DNA of 64,000 bases from an uncultured Planctomycetia bacterium (GCA_937919205.1 CALFOZ010000103.1:4127-68126), one strand, 5' to 3'. Counted from the first letter of the stretch, positions 8,728 through 18,643 are shown. The notes: generated from the sequence alone by a model not told the origin. Program-made: numbers and translations.

Positions 8728-10278
8728 ATGCAAAACGCAAAAGACCTATTGAAACGCCTTGGAATTGATCGACATCCACGCTTGCTTCCTTGCGGAGGCG
8801 CCGACAGCATCACCAGCGAATGTCCCGCAACTGGCGAACCCATAGGAACGGTCCGCTTGGATACAGCAGTGGAGCTTGAGGCGACCATTGTGCGTTGCGT
8901 GGCCGTGCAAAAAGCGTGGCGCATGTTGCCGGCGCCGCAGAGAGGTGAAATTGTGCGGCAAATTGGCGAGGAGTTTCGCAAACATAAAAACGATCTTGGC
9001 GAATTGGTCACGCGTGAAGCTGGCAAAATTCGCGCCGAAGGTCTTGGCGAAATTCAAGAGTGCATTGACATCGCGGATTTTTCCGTGGGACTTTCGCGCC
9101 AGCTTTATGGAAACTCCATGCACAGCGAGCGGCCCAGCCATCGCATGTTTGAGCAGTGGCATCCGCTTGGAACCATCGGTTGCATCACCGCGTTTAATTT
9201 TCCTGCCGCGGTGTGGGCGTGGAACTCCATGCTTGCCGCCACGTGCGGCAACGCCACGATTTGGAAACCAAGTTTGATCACGCCCATCGTGGCCATTGCT
9301 TGCAATGAAGTGGCTCAGCGCGTTATGCAAACGCAAACTATTTTTCGTCCCGCCTACGGCGACCCGCGCGATGTCTTTGGTTTGGTCATTGGCCGCGACA
9401 GCGAAGTGGGTGAGCGCATGGTGGCGGACCGCAGATTGCCGCTGATTTCAGCCACAGGAAGTTGCCGAATGGGCCGCAAAGTTGGGCAAGTTGTGGCGGG
9501 GCGTTTGGGCCGCGCATTGCTTGAACTTGGCGGCAACAACGCCATTATTGTTATGCCCGACGCCGATATGAAATTGGTGGAGCGCGCGGTGGTGTTTGGC
9601 GCGGTGGGAACGGCTGGTCAGCGTTGCACCAGCACGCGCAGATTGATTGTGCATGAAAGCATTGTGGAGAAGCTCACGGACAAGTTGACGCACTTGTATG
9701 CCAGCATAAAAATTGGCGACCCAATGGACGAGGCAACGCTGATGGGTCCGCTTATTCATGCGGAAACAAAAAATGCAATGAAGAGCGCGATTGAGCAAGC
9801 TGTGGCGCAAGGTTGCCACGTGAAATGTGGCGGCTTGCCTGGTCTTGCCAAATATGACAATCGTCCAGGATATTTCTGCGAGCCCACAATCATCAGCGTG
9901 CCCAAGGGCGTGGTGCCGGCGATTTGTCGCGAGGAAACTTTCGCGCCAATCTTGTACATCTTCAGCGTGAAAAATTTCGAGGAGGCCATGGAGATTCACA
10001 ACGGAGTGGACCAAGGTCTTTCAAGCGCCATTTTCACCGACAGCGTGCGCAGTGCCGAGCGATTCTTGTCGCATCAAGGCAGTGATTGTGGCATCGCCAA
10101 TGTGAACTTGGGAACCAGTGGTGCTGAAATTGGCGGCGCATTCGGCGGCGAAAAAGACACAGGTGGCGGCCGCGAAAGTGGCTCTGATTCGTGGAAGCAA
10201 TACATGCGCCGTCAAACATGCACGGTGAATTGGGGAACTGATTTGCCGCTTGCGCAAGGCATTCGCTTTGGCGATTAA
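8728..10278 (+). CDS. Aldehyde dehydrogenase, ALDH7 (alpha-aminoadipic/piperideine-6-carboxylate semialdehyde dehydrogenase)-like
   Basis: GEIQECIDIADFSVGLSRQLYG resembles the ALDH7/antiquitin signature. It also has ELGGNNAIIV, a catalytic-Cys context (GQRCTSTRR) and EETFAPILY. The start is taken at MQNAKD. Confidence 0.8.
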   Translation: MQNAKDLLKRLGIDRHPRLLPCGGADSITSECPATGEPIGTVRLDTAVELEATIVRCVAVQKAWRMLPAPQRGEIVRQIGEEFRKHKNDLGELVTREAGKIRAEGLGEIQECIDIADFSVGLSRQLYGNSMHSERPSHRMFEQWHPLGTIGCITAFNFPAAVWAWNSMLAATCGNATIWKPSLITPIVAIACNEVAQRVMQTQTIFRPAYGDPRDVFGLVIGRDSEVGERMVADRRLPLISATGSCRMGRKVGQVVAGRLGRALLELGGNNAIIVMPDADMKLVERAVVFGAVGTAGQRCTSTRRLIVHESIVEKLTDKLTHLYASIKIGDPMDEATLMGPLIHAETKNAMKSAIEQAVAQGCHVKCGGLPGLAKYDNRPGYFCEPTIISVPKGVVPAICREETFAPILYIFSVKNFEEAMEIHNGVDQGLSSAIFTDSVRSAERFLSHQGSDCGIANVNLGTSGAEIGGAFGGEKDTGGGRESGSDSWKQYMRRQTCTVNWGTDLPLAQGIRFGD

Positions 10279-10290
10279 GCCGCGCTGAAA

Positions 10291-10728
10291 TTATTGCGCG
10301 GATGGAAGCGGCATACTTGCAACAGGCGTCTTGCTCGGTTCAGAGCCAGACTGCATGAATCGAATCAGCGTCCATTTCAACTCCGGCGCATCGGTTGAAA
10401 CATTTTCGGCAACCTTGATCCACAAACCTTGATCGTCCACATTGGGTCCAACAAGTTTGCGCCATTGACCGGTTTTAGAAATGGGCACCACTGTCCATGG
10501 CTCCTCGCCCAACTTTGAAAGCAAACTCCAACGAACTTCATCAGGGCGAGTTCCATTGCCAATGACTTGCGCGGCCCATTCGCGGCCGTCCCATGTGATG
10601 GCTGGAAAGTTCACGGTGTGCTTTCCAAAAATTGTTCCGTTAAAAAACCACGCCAAGATGGCCGCCAGCACCACAAAGATGGCTACGCGCACAAGTAAAT
10701 TTCGAAATGCAAGTGTGGCTTGTCCCAT
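10291..10728 (-). CDS. Hypothetical membrane-anchored protein
   Basis: N-terminal TM helix (VRVAIFVVLAAILAWFF). I recognise no family motif. Confidence 0.5.
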   Translation of the reverse strand: MGQATLAFRNLLVRVAIFVVLAAILAWFFNGTIFGKHTVNFPAITWDGREWAAQVIGNGTRPDEVRWSLLSKLGEEPWTVVPISKTGQWRKLVGPNVDDQGLWIKVAENVSTDAPELKWTLIRFMQSGSEPSKTPVASMPLPSAQ

Positions 10729-10783
10729 TTGATTTCTTTCAGAGCGAGATCTTAGTCGTATTTACAAATCAAATTGCAATTCA

Positions 10784-11698
10784 TCAACGCGCGATCCAAC
10801 CCGCGTACACGGCCCAGGCGAAACTTCCCGCCACCATAATTCGCCACCAGCCAAAGAGCGCCAATGTGTGGTTTCCCAGCCATTTCACGAGCCATTTTAC
10901 GCTTATGGCCGCGCTAATTGTGGCCGTGACAAGCCCCACAATAATTGGAAGTGGCCCGCCCAGATTTGCCACAAATTGTTGGAATGTTGTTGACTCCCCA
11001 TGGAACACATCCCAACTTTCCTTCAGCGACGCCGCACCCAATGTGGGCAAGCCCAGCAAGAACGCAAACTCCGCCGCGGCCACAGGTGGAAGTCCAACCA
11101 ACATCCCGCCAAGCAGTGTCACCAACGATCGGCTGGTGCCGGGCATCAACGCCAACACTTGCATAAGACCGATCAACAACGCGCCCTTAAGCGTCAGCCG
11201 CGCCAACGCGTCGCCGGGCTCATGGTATTGCTCAATTTTTTTCTGATTCCAACCCTTCAGCAACACCATGGCCACGCCGCCAACCAACAGTGCCGCCACA
11301 ACGGGTCCAGGGAAAAATAAATGCGCCTTGATGGTCTTGCGAAATGCCAAGCCAATGATGGCGGCGGGCATGAACGCGATCACTAGTTTCACCAACAATC
11401 CAAAACCATTTTTAGATTCCCGAGTGGCCAACTGAGGCAGAGCCACGCCCACGCACCCTTGCGCCATGGTGCGCAATCGTTTCCAGTACACACCCGCCAC
11501 GGCCAAAATTGCGCCGCCTTGGATGATGATTTCAAATTGATTCAGCGACTCCTTTATGGACTCCATGTTTGCGCCGCTAGCGTCATTGCCAAGGCCAAGC
11601 ACGGAGGCCGCAAGAATGAGATGTCCAGTACTGCTCACAGGCAAATATTCCGTAACCCCCTCAACAATTCCAAGGATAATCGCGTCAAATACGGTCAT
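10784..11698 (-). CDS. uppP: Undecaprenyl-diphosphate phosphatase
   Basis: N-terminal UppP/BacA motif (GIVEGVTEYLPVSSTGHLIL). Polytopic membrane protein. Its start overlaps the ilvC stop. Confidence 0.9.
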   Translation of the reverse strand: MTVFDAIILGIVEGVTEYLPVSSTGHLILAASVLGLGNDASGANMESIKESLNQFEIIIQGGAILAVAGVYWKRLRTMAQGCVGVALPQLATRESKNGFGLLVKLVIAFMPAAIIGLAFRKTIKAHLFFPGPVVAALLVGGVAMVLLKGWNQKKIEQYHEPGDALARLTLKGALLIGLMQVLALMPGTSRSLVTLLGGMLVGLPPVAAAEFAFLLGLPTLGAASLKESWDVFHGESTTFQQFVANLGGPLPIIVGLVTATISAAISVKWLVKWLGNHTLALFGWWRIMVAGSFAWAVYAGWIAR

Positions 11699-12768
11699 TT
11701 TTGTTCTTCCTTCAGCCAGGGAATCAGGGCTCTCACCGCGCGTCCCGATGCTTCAATTGGATGGTGTTGCGCGGCGTCTTGCATTTTTTTCAAGCGCGTA
11801 AATCCTTCATCCGCGTCGCGTTGAAAGCGCGCCGCAAAAGTTCCATCTTGCACGGAATTAAGAATGCGTTTGAAGTCCGCGCGCAATTGCTCGGTTAACA
11901 CAATATGTTCCGCGTCAAATGCGCCAAACTCCGCCGTGGTGCTGATCGCGTCGCGCATGCCCGATGGTCCACGCGCGTACATCAAGTCCGCCACTTGTTT
12001 CAGTTCATGGCAACATTCAATGTACGCAAGCATGGGCGGATATCCCGCCTCCACTAAAGTTTCGTAAGCAACTTTTACCAGCGCCAACATTCCGCCGCAC
12101 AGAACGGATTGTTCGCCAAACAAATCCGTCTCGGCCTCGGCGGCAAAAGTGGTTTCAATAATGGCCGCGCGCAGGGAACCAATTCCGTTGGCCCACGCAA
12201 GTCCAAGCGCGCGCGTGTTGCTTGCGTTCACGCCGCCCGCATGCACCGCAAACAAACTGGGAATTCCTTGCCCCATGACAAAGCGATCGCGCACCGTCTT
12301 GCCCGGACCTTTGGGCGCGACCATGACCACGCCGGTGTTGGCGGCAGGCTTGACCAATCCAAAGCGAACAGAAAATCCGTGCAAAAATCCCACCACCGCA
12401 TGCGGAGCAAGATTGGGCTCAATAGCCGAAGCCCATAATTTTGCATGAATTTCATCGGGCAGGGCCACAATCACCAAATCAGCATTTTCAACGGCTTTCG
12501 CGCTTGAAAGCACCTCAAAGCCAGCTAAATGAGCGGCCGCACAACCACGGGTTCCAGGCTCGCTACCAACTCGCACCAGCACGCCGCTGTCGCGCAAATT
12601 CTGCGCATGAGCGCGCCCCTGATTTCCATAACCCAATATGCAAACTGACTTTCCGATCAGCGGCGTTAAAGGCGCATCGGCCTCATTTTGAATTATTATC
12701 GCCTCTTGGGGCGAGTTGTTTGGCATCGACACCACGGCAGAGTACAAAAAACCCAAAAAATTTGTCAC
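11695..12768 (-). CDS. ilvC: Ketol-acid reductoisomerase
   Basis: GKSVCILGYGNQGRAHAQNLRDSGV (NADPH-binding motif) plus class I KARI length. The start is uncertain; the alternative is M15 at 12726. Confidence 0.9.
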   Translation of the reverse strand: MTNFLGFLYSAVVSMPNNSPQEAIIIQNEADAPLTPLIGKSVCILGYGNQGRAHAQNLRDSGVLVRVGSEPGTRGCAAAHLAGFEVLSSAKAVENADLVIVALPDEIHAKLWASAIEPNLAPHAVVGFLHGFSVRFGLVKPAANTGVVMVAPKGPGKTVRDRFVMGQGIPSLFAVHAGGVNASNTRALGLAWANGIGSLRAAIIETTFAAEAETDLFGEQSVLCGGMLALVKVAYETLVEAGYPPMLAYIECCHELKQVADLMYARGPSGMRDAISTTAEFGAFDAEHIVLTEQLRADFKRILNSVQDGTFAARFQRDADEGFTRLKKMQDAAQHHPIEASGRAVRALIPWLKEEQK

Positions 12769-12851
12769 ATTTTGGCATTCTTATTTGGTTATGCCAAATT
12801 AAATAGCACACTTGATCATGTTCAATTTGTGTGCCCAATGTTTAGAGAAGT

Positions 12852-12880
12852 TTAAGTTCGCAAGACCTTCTGACCGATAA
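12852..12880 (+). promoter_or_regulatory. Candidate sigma-28 (FliA)-type promoter
   Basis: TTAAGTTC...ACCGATAA compared with the consensus TAAAGTTT-N11-GCCGATAA. The -10 element matches 7 of 8 positions. The spacer is about 2 nt longer than canonical. The -10 ends 7 nt before ATG 12888. Confidence 0.3.
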
Positions 12881-12887
12881 CAGCCGT

Positions 12888-13298
12888 ATGCCTTTTAAGA
12901 ACTGTATGCAAGATTTAGCCATGAAAACCCTAGAGCCCAACAGTGCAAACGAACGACGCGTGAATGAACGCTTTGGTTTGCGACCTGATGTTTCGCGCGT
13001 GGTTGTTCATACCGACGACGGACCAATGGAAGGGCATGTGTACGACCTTAGTGGAACTGGAATTCGTTTAGAACTAGACGAACCACTTGCAATGGGCAAA
13101 CAAGTTGAAGTTGATTTCTTTTTCGCCGGCATTCTCAAAGCCATTCATTTTAGTGGCATTGTCACGCGCGTCTTTGATGCGATTGATGATCCAGGACCGC
13201 GGCGCATGGGAATCGAAATTCAAAGTTTTGCCAGCGAAGCCGATGAGTCGCGCATGGGCGCATTGCTTGAGAGCGCTTCGCTTGGCAAGTTGAGATAA
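12888..13298 (+). CDS. PilZ-domain (c-di-GMP binding) protein
   Basis: RxxxR motif (ERRVNERF) followed by D-x-S-x-x-G (YDLSGTGIRLE), with the spacing typical of PilZ. Confidence 0.7.
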   Translation: MPFKNCMQDLAMKTLEPNSANERRVNERFGLRPDVSRVVVHTDDGPMEGHVYDLSGTGIRLELDEPLAMGKQVEVDFFFAGILKAIHFSGIVTRVFDAIDDPGPRRMGIEIQSFASEADESRMGALLESASLGKLR

Positions 13299-13534
13299 AT
13301 ATTGAGTTGCACAGATCGCGAAAGTTGTTGCATTTCCCTTCTGATTTAATTCGATAATTGGTTGGGATGTTTGATTGGCATGTTTGAATTGCGTTTGGTG
13401 CATTGAACAAGTTGCTCGCGTGAGCAACTTGAACGCGTGATCTCCAGTGGACTTCCTCATTATTACAATGGGAGTCTCCTGGAGAACCCGCGACACAAAG
13501 TCGATTTGAGCCGCCCGCGCGGCAAGAGGTTCTT

Positions 13535-14293
13535 GTGAAAGAAATTCCGTTCGCAGAAATTCAAGATCGAATTGGCTATCAATTTCAGGACATCACGCTC
13601 TTGGAAACAGCGTTGACGCATGCGTCGCTGTCTGACCATCGATCAAAAAGCAATGAGCGCCAGGAATTTTTGGGCGACGCGGTGCTTGGTCTTGTGGTGT
13701 GTGAACATTTATTTCGCTCGCTGGCGGAAAGTTTGGAGGGTGATCTCACCAAAGTAAAAAGCCACGCGGTGAGCAGGCAAGTGTGCGCGGAGATCGCCGT
13801 TGAGTTGAAATTGCACGAAGCCCTGCGTCTTGGCAAGGGAATGGGACCCGCGACCAATTTGCCAGGCTCGGTCAGCGCGGCGGTGCTGGAGTCCGTCATT
13901 GGCGCGATTTATTTGGACGGCGGTTTGGCTCCTGCGCAGGCGTTCATTCTTAAACACCTAGGGCCACGCATCAACGAATCGCTCCACGGAGGCCACCAAC
14001 ATAATTTTAAGAGCGTGCTACAGCAAACACTGGTTTCCTTGCGAATGTCACCGCCCATTTACATGATTCTTGACGAGAAAGGTCCAGATCACGCCAAGTG
14101 TTTTGAAATCGCGGTTGTAAGCGGCGATCGCAAGTTCACGTCGTGTTGGGGCGCAAGCAAAAAAGCTGGGGAGCAGGCCGCGGCGCAGTCTGCGTTGCGT
14201 GAACTTGGAGTGATCGCCTTGGATGAGCGCGGCATTGAGATTGCGCGTCCTATCGCCTCGCGGATCAGACCGGATTCAAGCGCGGGAAAGTAG
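13535..14293 (+). CDS. rnc: Ribonuclease III
   Basis: GTG start. RNase III signature (NERQEFLGDAVLGLVV) and a C-terminal dsRBD (SKKAGEQAAAQSAL). Confidence 0.92.
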   Translation: MKEIPFAEIQDRIGYQFQDITLLETALTHASLSDHRSKSNERQEFLGDAVLGLVVCEHLFRSLAESLEGDLTKVKSHAVSRQVCAEIAVELKLHEALRLGKGMGPATNLPGSVSAAVLESVIGAIYLDGGLAPAQAFILKHLGPRINESLHGGHQHNFKSVLQQTLVSLRMSPPIYMILDEKGPDHAKCFEIAVVSGDRKFTSCWGASKKAGEQAAAQSALRELGVIALDERGIEIARPIASRIRPDSSAGK

Positions 14294-14376
14294 CGAAATT
14301 TTTTCGCGGTAAGCAATGAAATTTTAAAATGGTGCGCGGCAAACTTGTCGCGCGCAGTGGACCGGATCGATTGCGC

Positions 14377-14934
14377 TTATTGAAATGCGCTGACTAGTTT
14401 TTCAACGCAAGCGTTTTGGCTTTGCTTGGTGTCAACAATTACATTGGCAAGCGCGCGATACAGCGGCATGCGGCTTTCAAACAGCGCGCGCACTTCTGTT
14501 GCGGCGTCGGCACGCGCGTCACCAGTTAAAACGGAACTGGGCAGAGGCGGTCTATCTCCGCGATTGTTGGCCAAGCGCATGGCGAGTTCACTTTCGCCTG
14601 GATCAAGAAGAGCTATAAAGATTTCGCCGCGCGCTTGCGCCTGGCGCAAAATTTGCTCCGCACCCGAAGCCATTGGAGTGCCGCCGCCAAGCGAAAGCAC
14701 GCAACTTTTTTTTGCCCCAAGCAAACGCGCTAGTTCCGCGCTTTCGCCAGCGCGCCAAGCGTGCTCACCAAGCAATTTAAATGCGTCGGTGACATTTGTG
14801 GCGCCAAGATGTGTAAGAACCGCGTCGTCAAGATCCACAAACTCAATCCCAAGTTGCCGCGCGGCAATAGGACCAAGCGTGGACTTTCCAGAAAGTCTCA
14901 GGCCAATCAAAACCAATATTGTGGATGCGGACAC
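14377..14934 (-). CDS. aroK: Shikimate kinase
   Basis: P-loop (IGLRLSGKSTLG) followed by DLDD. 185 aa. Confidence 0.75.
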   Translation of the reverse strand: MSASTILVLIGLRLSGKSTLGPIAARQLGIEFVDLDDAVLTHLGATNVTDAFKLLGEHAWRAGESAELARLLGAKKSCVLSLGGGTPMASGAEQILRQAQARGEIFIALLDPGESELAMRLANNRGDRPPLPSSVLTGDARADAATEVRALFESRMPLYRALANVIVDTKQSQNACVEKLVSAFQ

Positions 14935-14939
14935 GCTTT

Positions 14940-15074
14940 TTAGCGGGTCTTAATCTTGCGGCCAATTCGACGCTTGCGATTTAAGATGGCGCGACCCTTG
15001 CTGGTTTGCATACGAGCTCGGAAGCCAACTTTGCGGAGCTTTTTGATTCGGCTGAGTTTGTGCGGATAATGCAT
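14940..15074 (-). CDS. rpmH: 50S ribosomal protein L34
   Basis: Not in the ORF track because it is under 60 aa. My translation is MHYPHKLSRIKKLRKVGFRARMQTSKGRAILNRKRRIGRKIKTR (44 aa), which matches the L34 pattern including HGFRARM-like GFRARM. Confidence 0.9.
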   Translation of the reverse strand: MHYPHKLSRIKKLRKVGFRARMQTSKGRAILNRKRRIGRKIKTR

Positions 15075-15228
15075 GTCGGTTCCTTGAAGGGGGGTCGAGA
15101 ATGATAGCGTAAATCTGGCTGGGGCTCAACTGGTGAAATGCAAGTATTTTTGCCACCATTTTTGCAGTACGCCACTGTGCATCGCATTGGTGATCGGCGC
15201 GTGCGGCGCGCCATCAAGCACGAACACC

Positions 15229-16863
15229 TTAAGGGCAGGAGCCGAAATGGCCCAGCAGTGTTCCTAAATCGGAGGCGTCCACAGTTCCATCGTAGTTCAG
15301 GTCGCCCGCGCATTGCGCGCAGATTCCAAATTCACCAAGCATGGATCCAATGTCACTGCTGTCCACAGATCCACTGTTGTTCAAATCACCAGGACAAGGC
15401 GGAGGCACTTGCGTTGCGGCAAAGGCCCTGGCAATTCCATAGCCAGTGATAAACAGCGGATCTGGATGCAGACCGTTGGAGTCGGAGCGCGACGCGGTTG
15501 CAAACAACGCGGCACGCAGAGAATTCACCGTGAAGTCTGGTCGCGCCTGCAAGATGCACGCGGCGGCGCCCGCCAATAACGGCGTACTTAAACTGGTTCC
15601 GCTCAAGCCACTGATACCGGATATGTTGGTGCTGTTCACTGTGGCGGTGCTTACGCCCATTGCCAAAAGTTCCGGCTTCACGCGTCCATCCACTGTTGGA
15701 CCATCGGAGGAAAAACTTGCGATGGCACCAGTGTTGTCAACCGCGCCACATGAAATCACTTGCAACGCGTCGGCTGGCGCGACCAATGTATTGGTGGCGG
15801 GATTGCTGTCGTGGCCTTCGTTGCCGGCGGCGGTGAAACAAATCAGTCCGTTGGCCGTGGCGATATTCACCGCGATTGTTGTCACGGCCGTCACGCCGTT
15901 CATGTCGTTCTGCGTGTACCAATCGATGTATCCCAGCGAACTTGTGGCGATGTCCGCGCCGTGCGCCTCCACAAATTCCAGGCCCGCCACATAAAAATCC
16001 TCCTCGATTGGAGTTTCAGTTGGAACGTCCTCGGTTTTGGCCAGGACAAATCGCGCCTCATACGCGGTGCCAATGAGTTGATTGGGTAAGTACGCCGCCA
16101 TGGTTCCCAAGATCCATGTTCCGTGCTTATGTTGCTCGGAGTCGTCGCCGGATTGAATGTCCGTGTTGTTGTCGTTCTTCACAAAGTCCCACTCGGCGAT
16201 CACTTGAAGCGGATGCTCGGCGCTTGCAAAAGCCTGATGCACGCGGCGAAAACCGCTGTCAAGAATGCCGATCACAATTCCAGCGCCGTGGTAGCCGGCA
16301 TCGTGAAGGCGGCGCACATCGATTTGGTCCACCTGCGTCGCGGCATAGCCGTACGCGTCGGCGGCGGCAAAGCTGGCCTGCGATGCAGTTGTCACGGACT
16401 CATTCTCTTCGCGCATGGCGGAGCGGCCACGTCGAACATGTTCCACGCGCGTGACATTGGATAATTTTTTCAGCGCAGTAATTTGCGCGGGCGTGGCCAG
16501 CGCGCTAACGGCGTTCAGCCAACGACTTTGCACGCGCACGGTTGCGCCCGTTGATGCGACCGCGTTGACACACTCTTGCGGCAGAGGCATGTCAAGAATG
16601 TCCACCACGCCAGGCAGTGTGCGCCGTTGCCACCGTCGCGCCACGGCCAATTCCGTGATGGCAGTATCGCAGGCTTCGCACGGCGCCACGCGCAGTTCTT
16701 CAAAGTACACCCACACTGGCAAGCGAGTTTCAGTTGGCGCGGCGCCCTGCACGGCGGTCAATGTGGTTCGCGTCGCGGTTGTTGGCACTTGCCGAAATGT
16801 AGATGTCTGTTGCACTGTCAACATGAGCGCGGTCATGGATGTCAAAGCAAGCAGGGGTGTCAT
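15229..16863 (-). CDS. Secreted subtilisin-family (S8) serine protease with two C-terminal dockerin-type repeats
   Basis: Signal peptide is present. Catalytic triad contexts are GILDSGF (Asp), HGTWILGTMAA (His) and SGTSLSTPLLAGAAA (Ser). The C-terminus carries GDLNNSGSVDSSDIGSML and GDLNYDGTVDASDLGTLL. Confidence 0.88.
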   Translation of the reverse strand: MTPLLALTSMTALMLTVQQTSTFRQVPTTATRTTLTAVQGAAPTETRLPVWVYFEELRVAPCEACDTAITELAVARRWQRRTLPGVVDILDMPLPQECVNAVASTGATVRVQSRWLNAVSALATPAQITALKKLSNVTRVEHVRRGRSAMREENESVTTASQASFAAADAYGYAATQVDQIDVRRLHDAGYHGAGIVIGILDSGFRRVHQAFASAEHPLQVIAEWDFVKNDNNTDIQSGDDSEQHKHGTWILGTMAAYLPNQLIGTAYEARFVLAKTEDVPTETPIEEDFYVAGLEFVEAHGADIATSSLGYIDWYTQNDMNGVTAVTTIAVNIATANGLICFTAAGNEGHDSNPATNTLVAPADALQVISCGAVDNTGAIASFSSDGPTVDGRVKPELLAMGVSTATVNSTNISGISGLSGTSLSTPLLAGAAACILQARPDFTVNSLRAALFATASRSDSNGLHPDPLFITGYGIARAFAATQVPPPCPGDLNNSGSVDSSDIGSMLGEFGICAQCAGDLNYDGTVDASDLGTLLGHFGSCP

Positions 16864-17061
16864 ATAGGTTGATTATGAATCAAGATGGTCTTGCTGGCAT
16901 GTAAATTTTGAATTTTGGCACATATTTGTGATATTTGTGTTGAAGGCGATAACAAGCGGAAGGCAGATATGAAGCGCAAGACGCTTTAGGGCGCTCTGCT
17001 TGAAGGCGACTATCACAGCCATCAGTACACGCCCAATGCGAGTTGTCTGAGCTCTCTCCAA

Positions 17062-17721
17062 TCACGCGTCCGGCGCGTGGCGCACAATGCGGCCTTCGAC
17101 CAAAAAGATCACGTCCTCGGCGATGTTGGTGGTCATGTCGGCGATGCGTTCAAAGCGTTGCGCAATGGTGAGCATCTCAATGGTCTGACCCGATGTGGTC
17201 ACGTCGCGTGGAATTTCTTGGCGCGCCCAGTGCAGAACTTCCTTGTGCAAATCGTCCACGCGCTGATCGGCGCGGCGCACTTGGCGGCACAGCGACGCAT
17301 CCTCGTTGCTCATGGCGGCCAACACATCGCTAAGCATGGTGCGGCTTGCGAATGCAAGATCAATCATGGCTGGCGGAAGTGGCGGGCCATCGGTTGCGCC
17401 CAGCTTGATTAGTTTTTTTGCAATTCCGCGCGCCAAATCCGCGATGCGTTCCAGTTCGTTGCTAATGCGAATCACAGCAAGAATCAGCCGCAAATCACCG
17501 GCCACGGGTTGCGCCAGCGCAAGCAGGCGCATGCAGGTGGCTTCAAGGTCAAGTTCCATTTGATCCACTTCGGCGTCGCCGGCGCGCACAACCTCCGCCA
17601 GTTGCAAGTCGCCATCAATCATCACTTCAATCACGCGCGTCACGCGTTGCTCAACCATGGCGCCCATGGCCAACAAGTTGCGGCGCAAATCCACCATTTC
17701 ATTTCGTAGGTCTACTGCCAT
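17062..17721 (-). CDS. phoU: Phosphate signalling regulator PhoU
   Basis: Two PhoU repeats with E/D-x-x-x-D motifs (ELERIADLA, RFERIADMT). Last gene of the pst operon. Confidence 0.9.
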   Translation of the reverse strand: MAVDLRNEMVDLRRNLLAMGAMVEQRVTRVIEVMIDGDLQLAEVVRAGDAEVDQMELDLEATCMRLLALAQPVAGDLRLILAVIRISNELERIADLARGIAKKLIKLGATDGPPLPPAMIDLAFASRTMLSDVLAAMSNEDASLCRQVRRADQRVDDLHKEVLHWARQEIPRDVTTSGQTIEMLTIAQRFERIADMTTNIAEDVIFLVEGRIVRHAPDA

Positions 17722-17748
17722 TTTATTTTTATGCGTGGGCGCGTTGGA

Positions 17749-18582
17749 TTATCCAAATCGGCCGGTGACATAATCCTCCGTTTGTTTGTTCTTGGGGTTG
17801 GTGAACATTCCGTCAGTCGGGCCAGCTTCAATGAGTTTGCCTTCAAAGAAAAACGCGGTGAGATCGCTCACGCGCGCGGCTTGTTGCATGTTGTGAGTGA
17901 CAACCACGATTGTAAAAGTTTGGCGCAACTCGCGAATCAACGCCTCAACGCTGGCGGTACTACGCGGATCAAGCGCGGAGCACGGCTCGTCCATAAGCAG
18001 AACTTCTGGACCAACCGCGATGGCGCGCGCAATGCAAAGGCGTTGCTGTTGGCCGCCGGAAAGACCAAGCGCGCTGTTGTGAAGGCGGTCCTTCACTTCG
18101 TCCCAAATGGCGGCGGCGCGCAGGCTTTGCTCCACAAGAGCGTCCAGGTCGCTGCGGTGAAAATGCTTATGAAGCCGCGGTCCAAACGCGATATTTTCAT
18201 AGATGCTCTTGGGAAACGGATTTGGTTTTTGAAACACCATTCCCACGCGCCGGCGCAGTTCCACCACGTCAAAGGCGCGGTCAAGCACATCGTCTTTGTC
18301 CAGTTGCATAACGCCTTGCGCGCGCGCATTGGCAACCAAGTCGTTCATGCGATTGATCCAGCGCAGGAACGTGCTCTTACCGCAACCGGATGGACCAATA
18401 AGTGAAGTCACGCGCTGTGATGGAATGTTCAACGTGATGTTGTGCAGTGCCTGATAGGCGCCGTACCACGCGTTGAAATCTTTCACGCGAAGAGTGACAT
18501 GTTCGCTTGCTGGCGAAGACGTGGTCGTTGTTGGCGCGGAGGCGGTCGCGGGCTTTGCAAGATTGGGTTGAGTGTCGGGCAT
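17749..18582 (-). CDS. pstB: Phosphate ABC transporter ATPase PstB
   Basis: Walker A (GPSGCGKST), ABC signature ([14 protein letters not shown]), Walker B (LLMDEP). Confidence 0.95.
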   Translation of the reverse strand: MPDTQPNLAKPATASAPTTTTSSPASEHVTLRVKDFNAWYGAYQALHNITLNIPSQRVTSLIGPSGCGKSTFLRWINRMNDLVANARAQGVMQLDKDDVLDRAFDVVELRRRVGMVFQKPNPFPKSIYENIAFGPRLHKHFHRSDLDALVEQSLRAAAIWDEVKDRLHNSALGLSGGQQQRLCIARAIAVGPEVLLMDEPCSALDPRSTASVEALIRELRQTFTIVVVTHNMQQAARVSDLTAFFFEGKLIEAGPTDGMFTNPKNKQTEDYVTGRFG

Positions 18583-18643
18583 GGTGCTGGTTTCTATATA
18601 TAAAACAGAATTTAATTAGGATAAAACTTTGAAACTTATTCGG

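Noticed and set aside
8662-8779. N-terminal extensions of the track ORFs 8000-8779 (minus) and 8662-10278 (plus), which would overlap each other
   Set aside because: The conserved N-termini of both families begin at internal Met codons (MPLNRDQ and MQNAKD). Using these leaves a normal 65-bp divergent intergenic region.
17731-18405. 224-aa plus-strand ORF
   Set aside because: It is antisense to pstB. Walker A, the ABC signature and Walker B are all on the minus frame.
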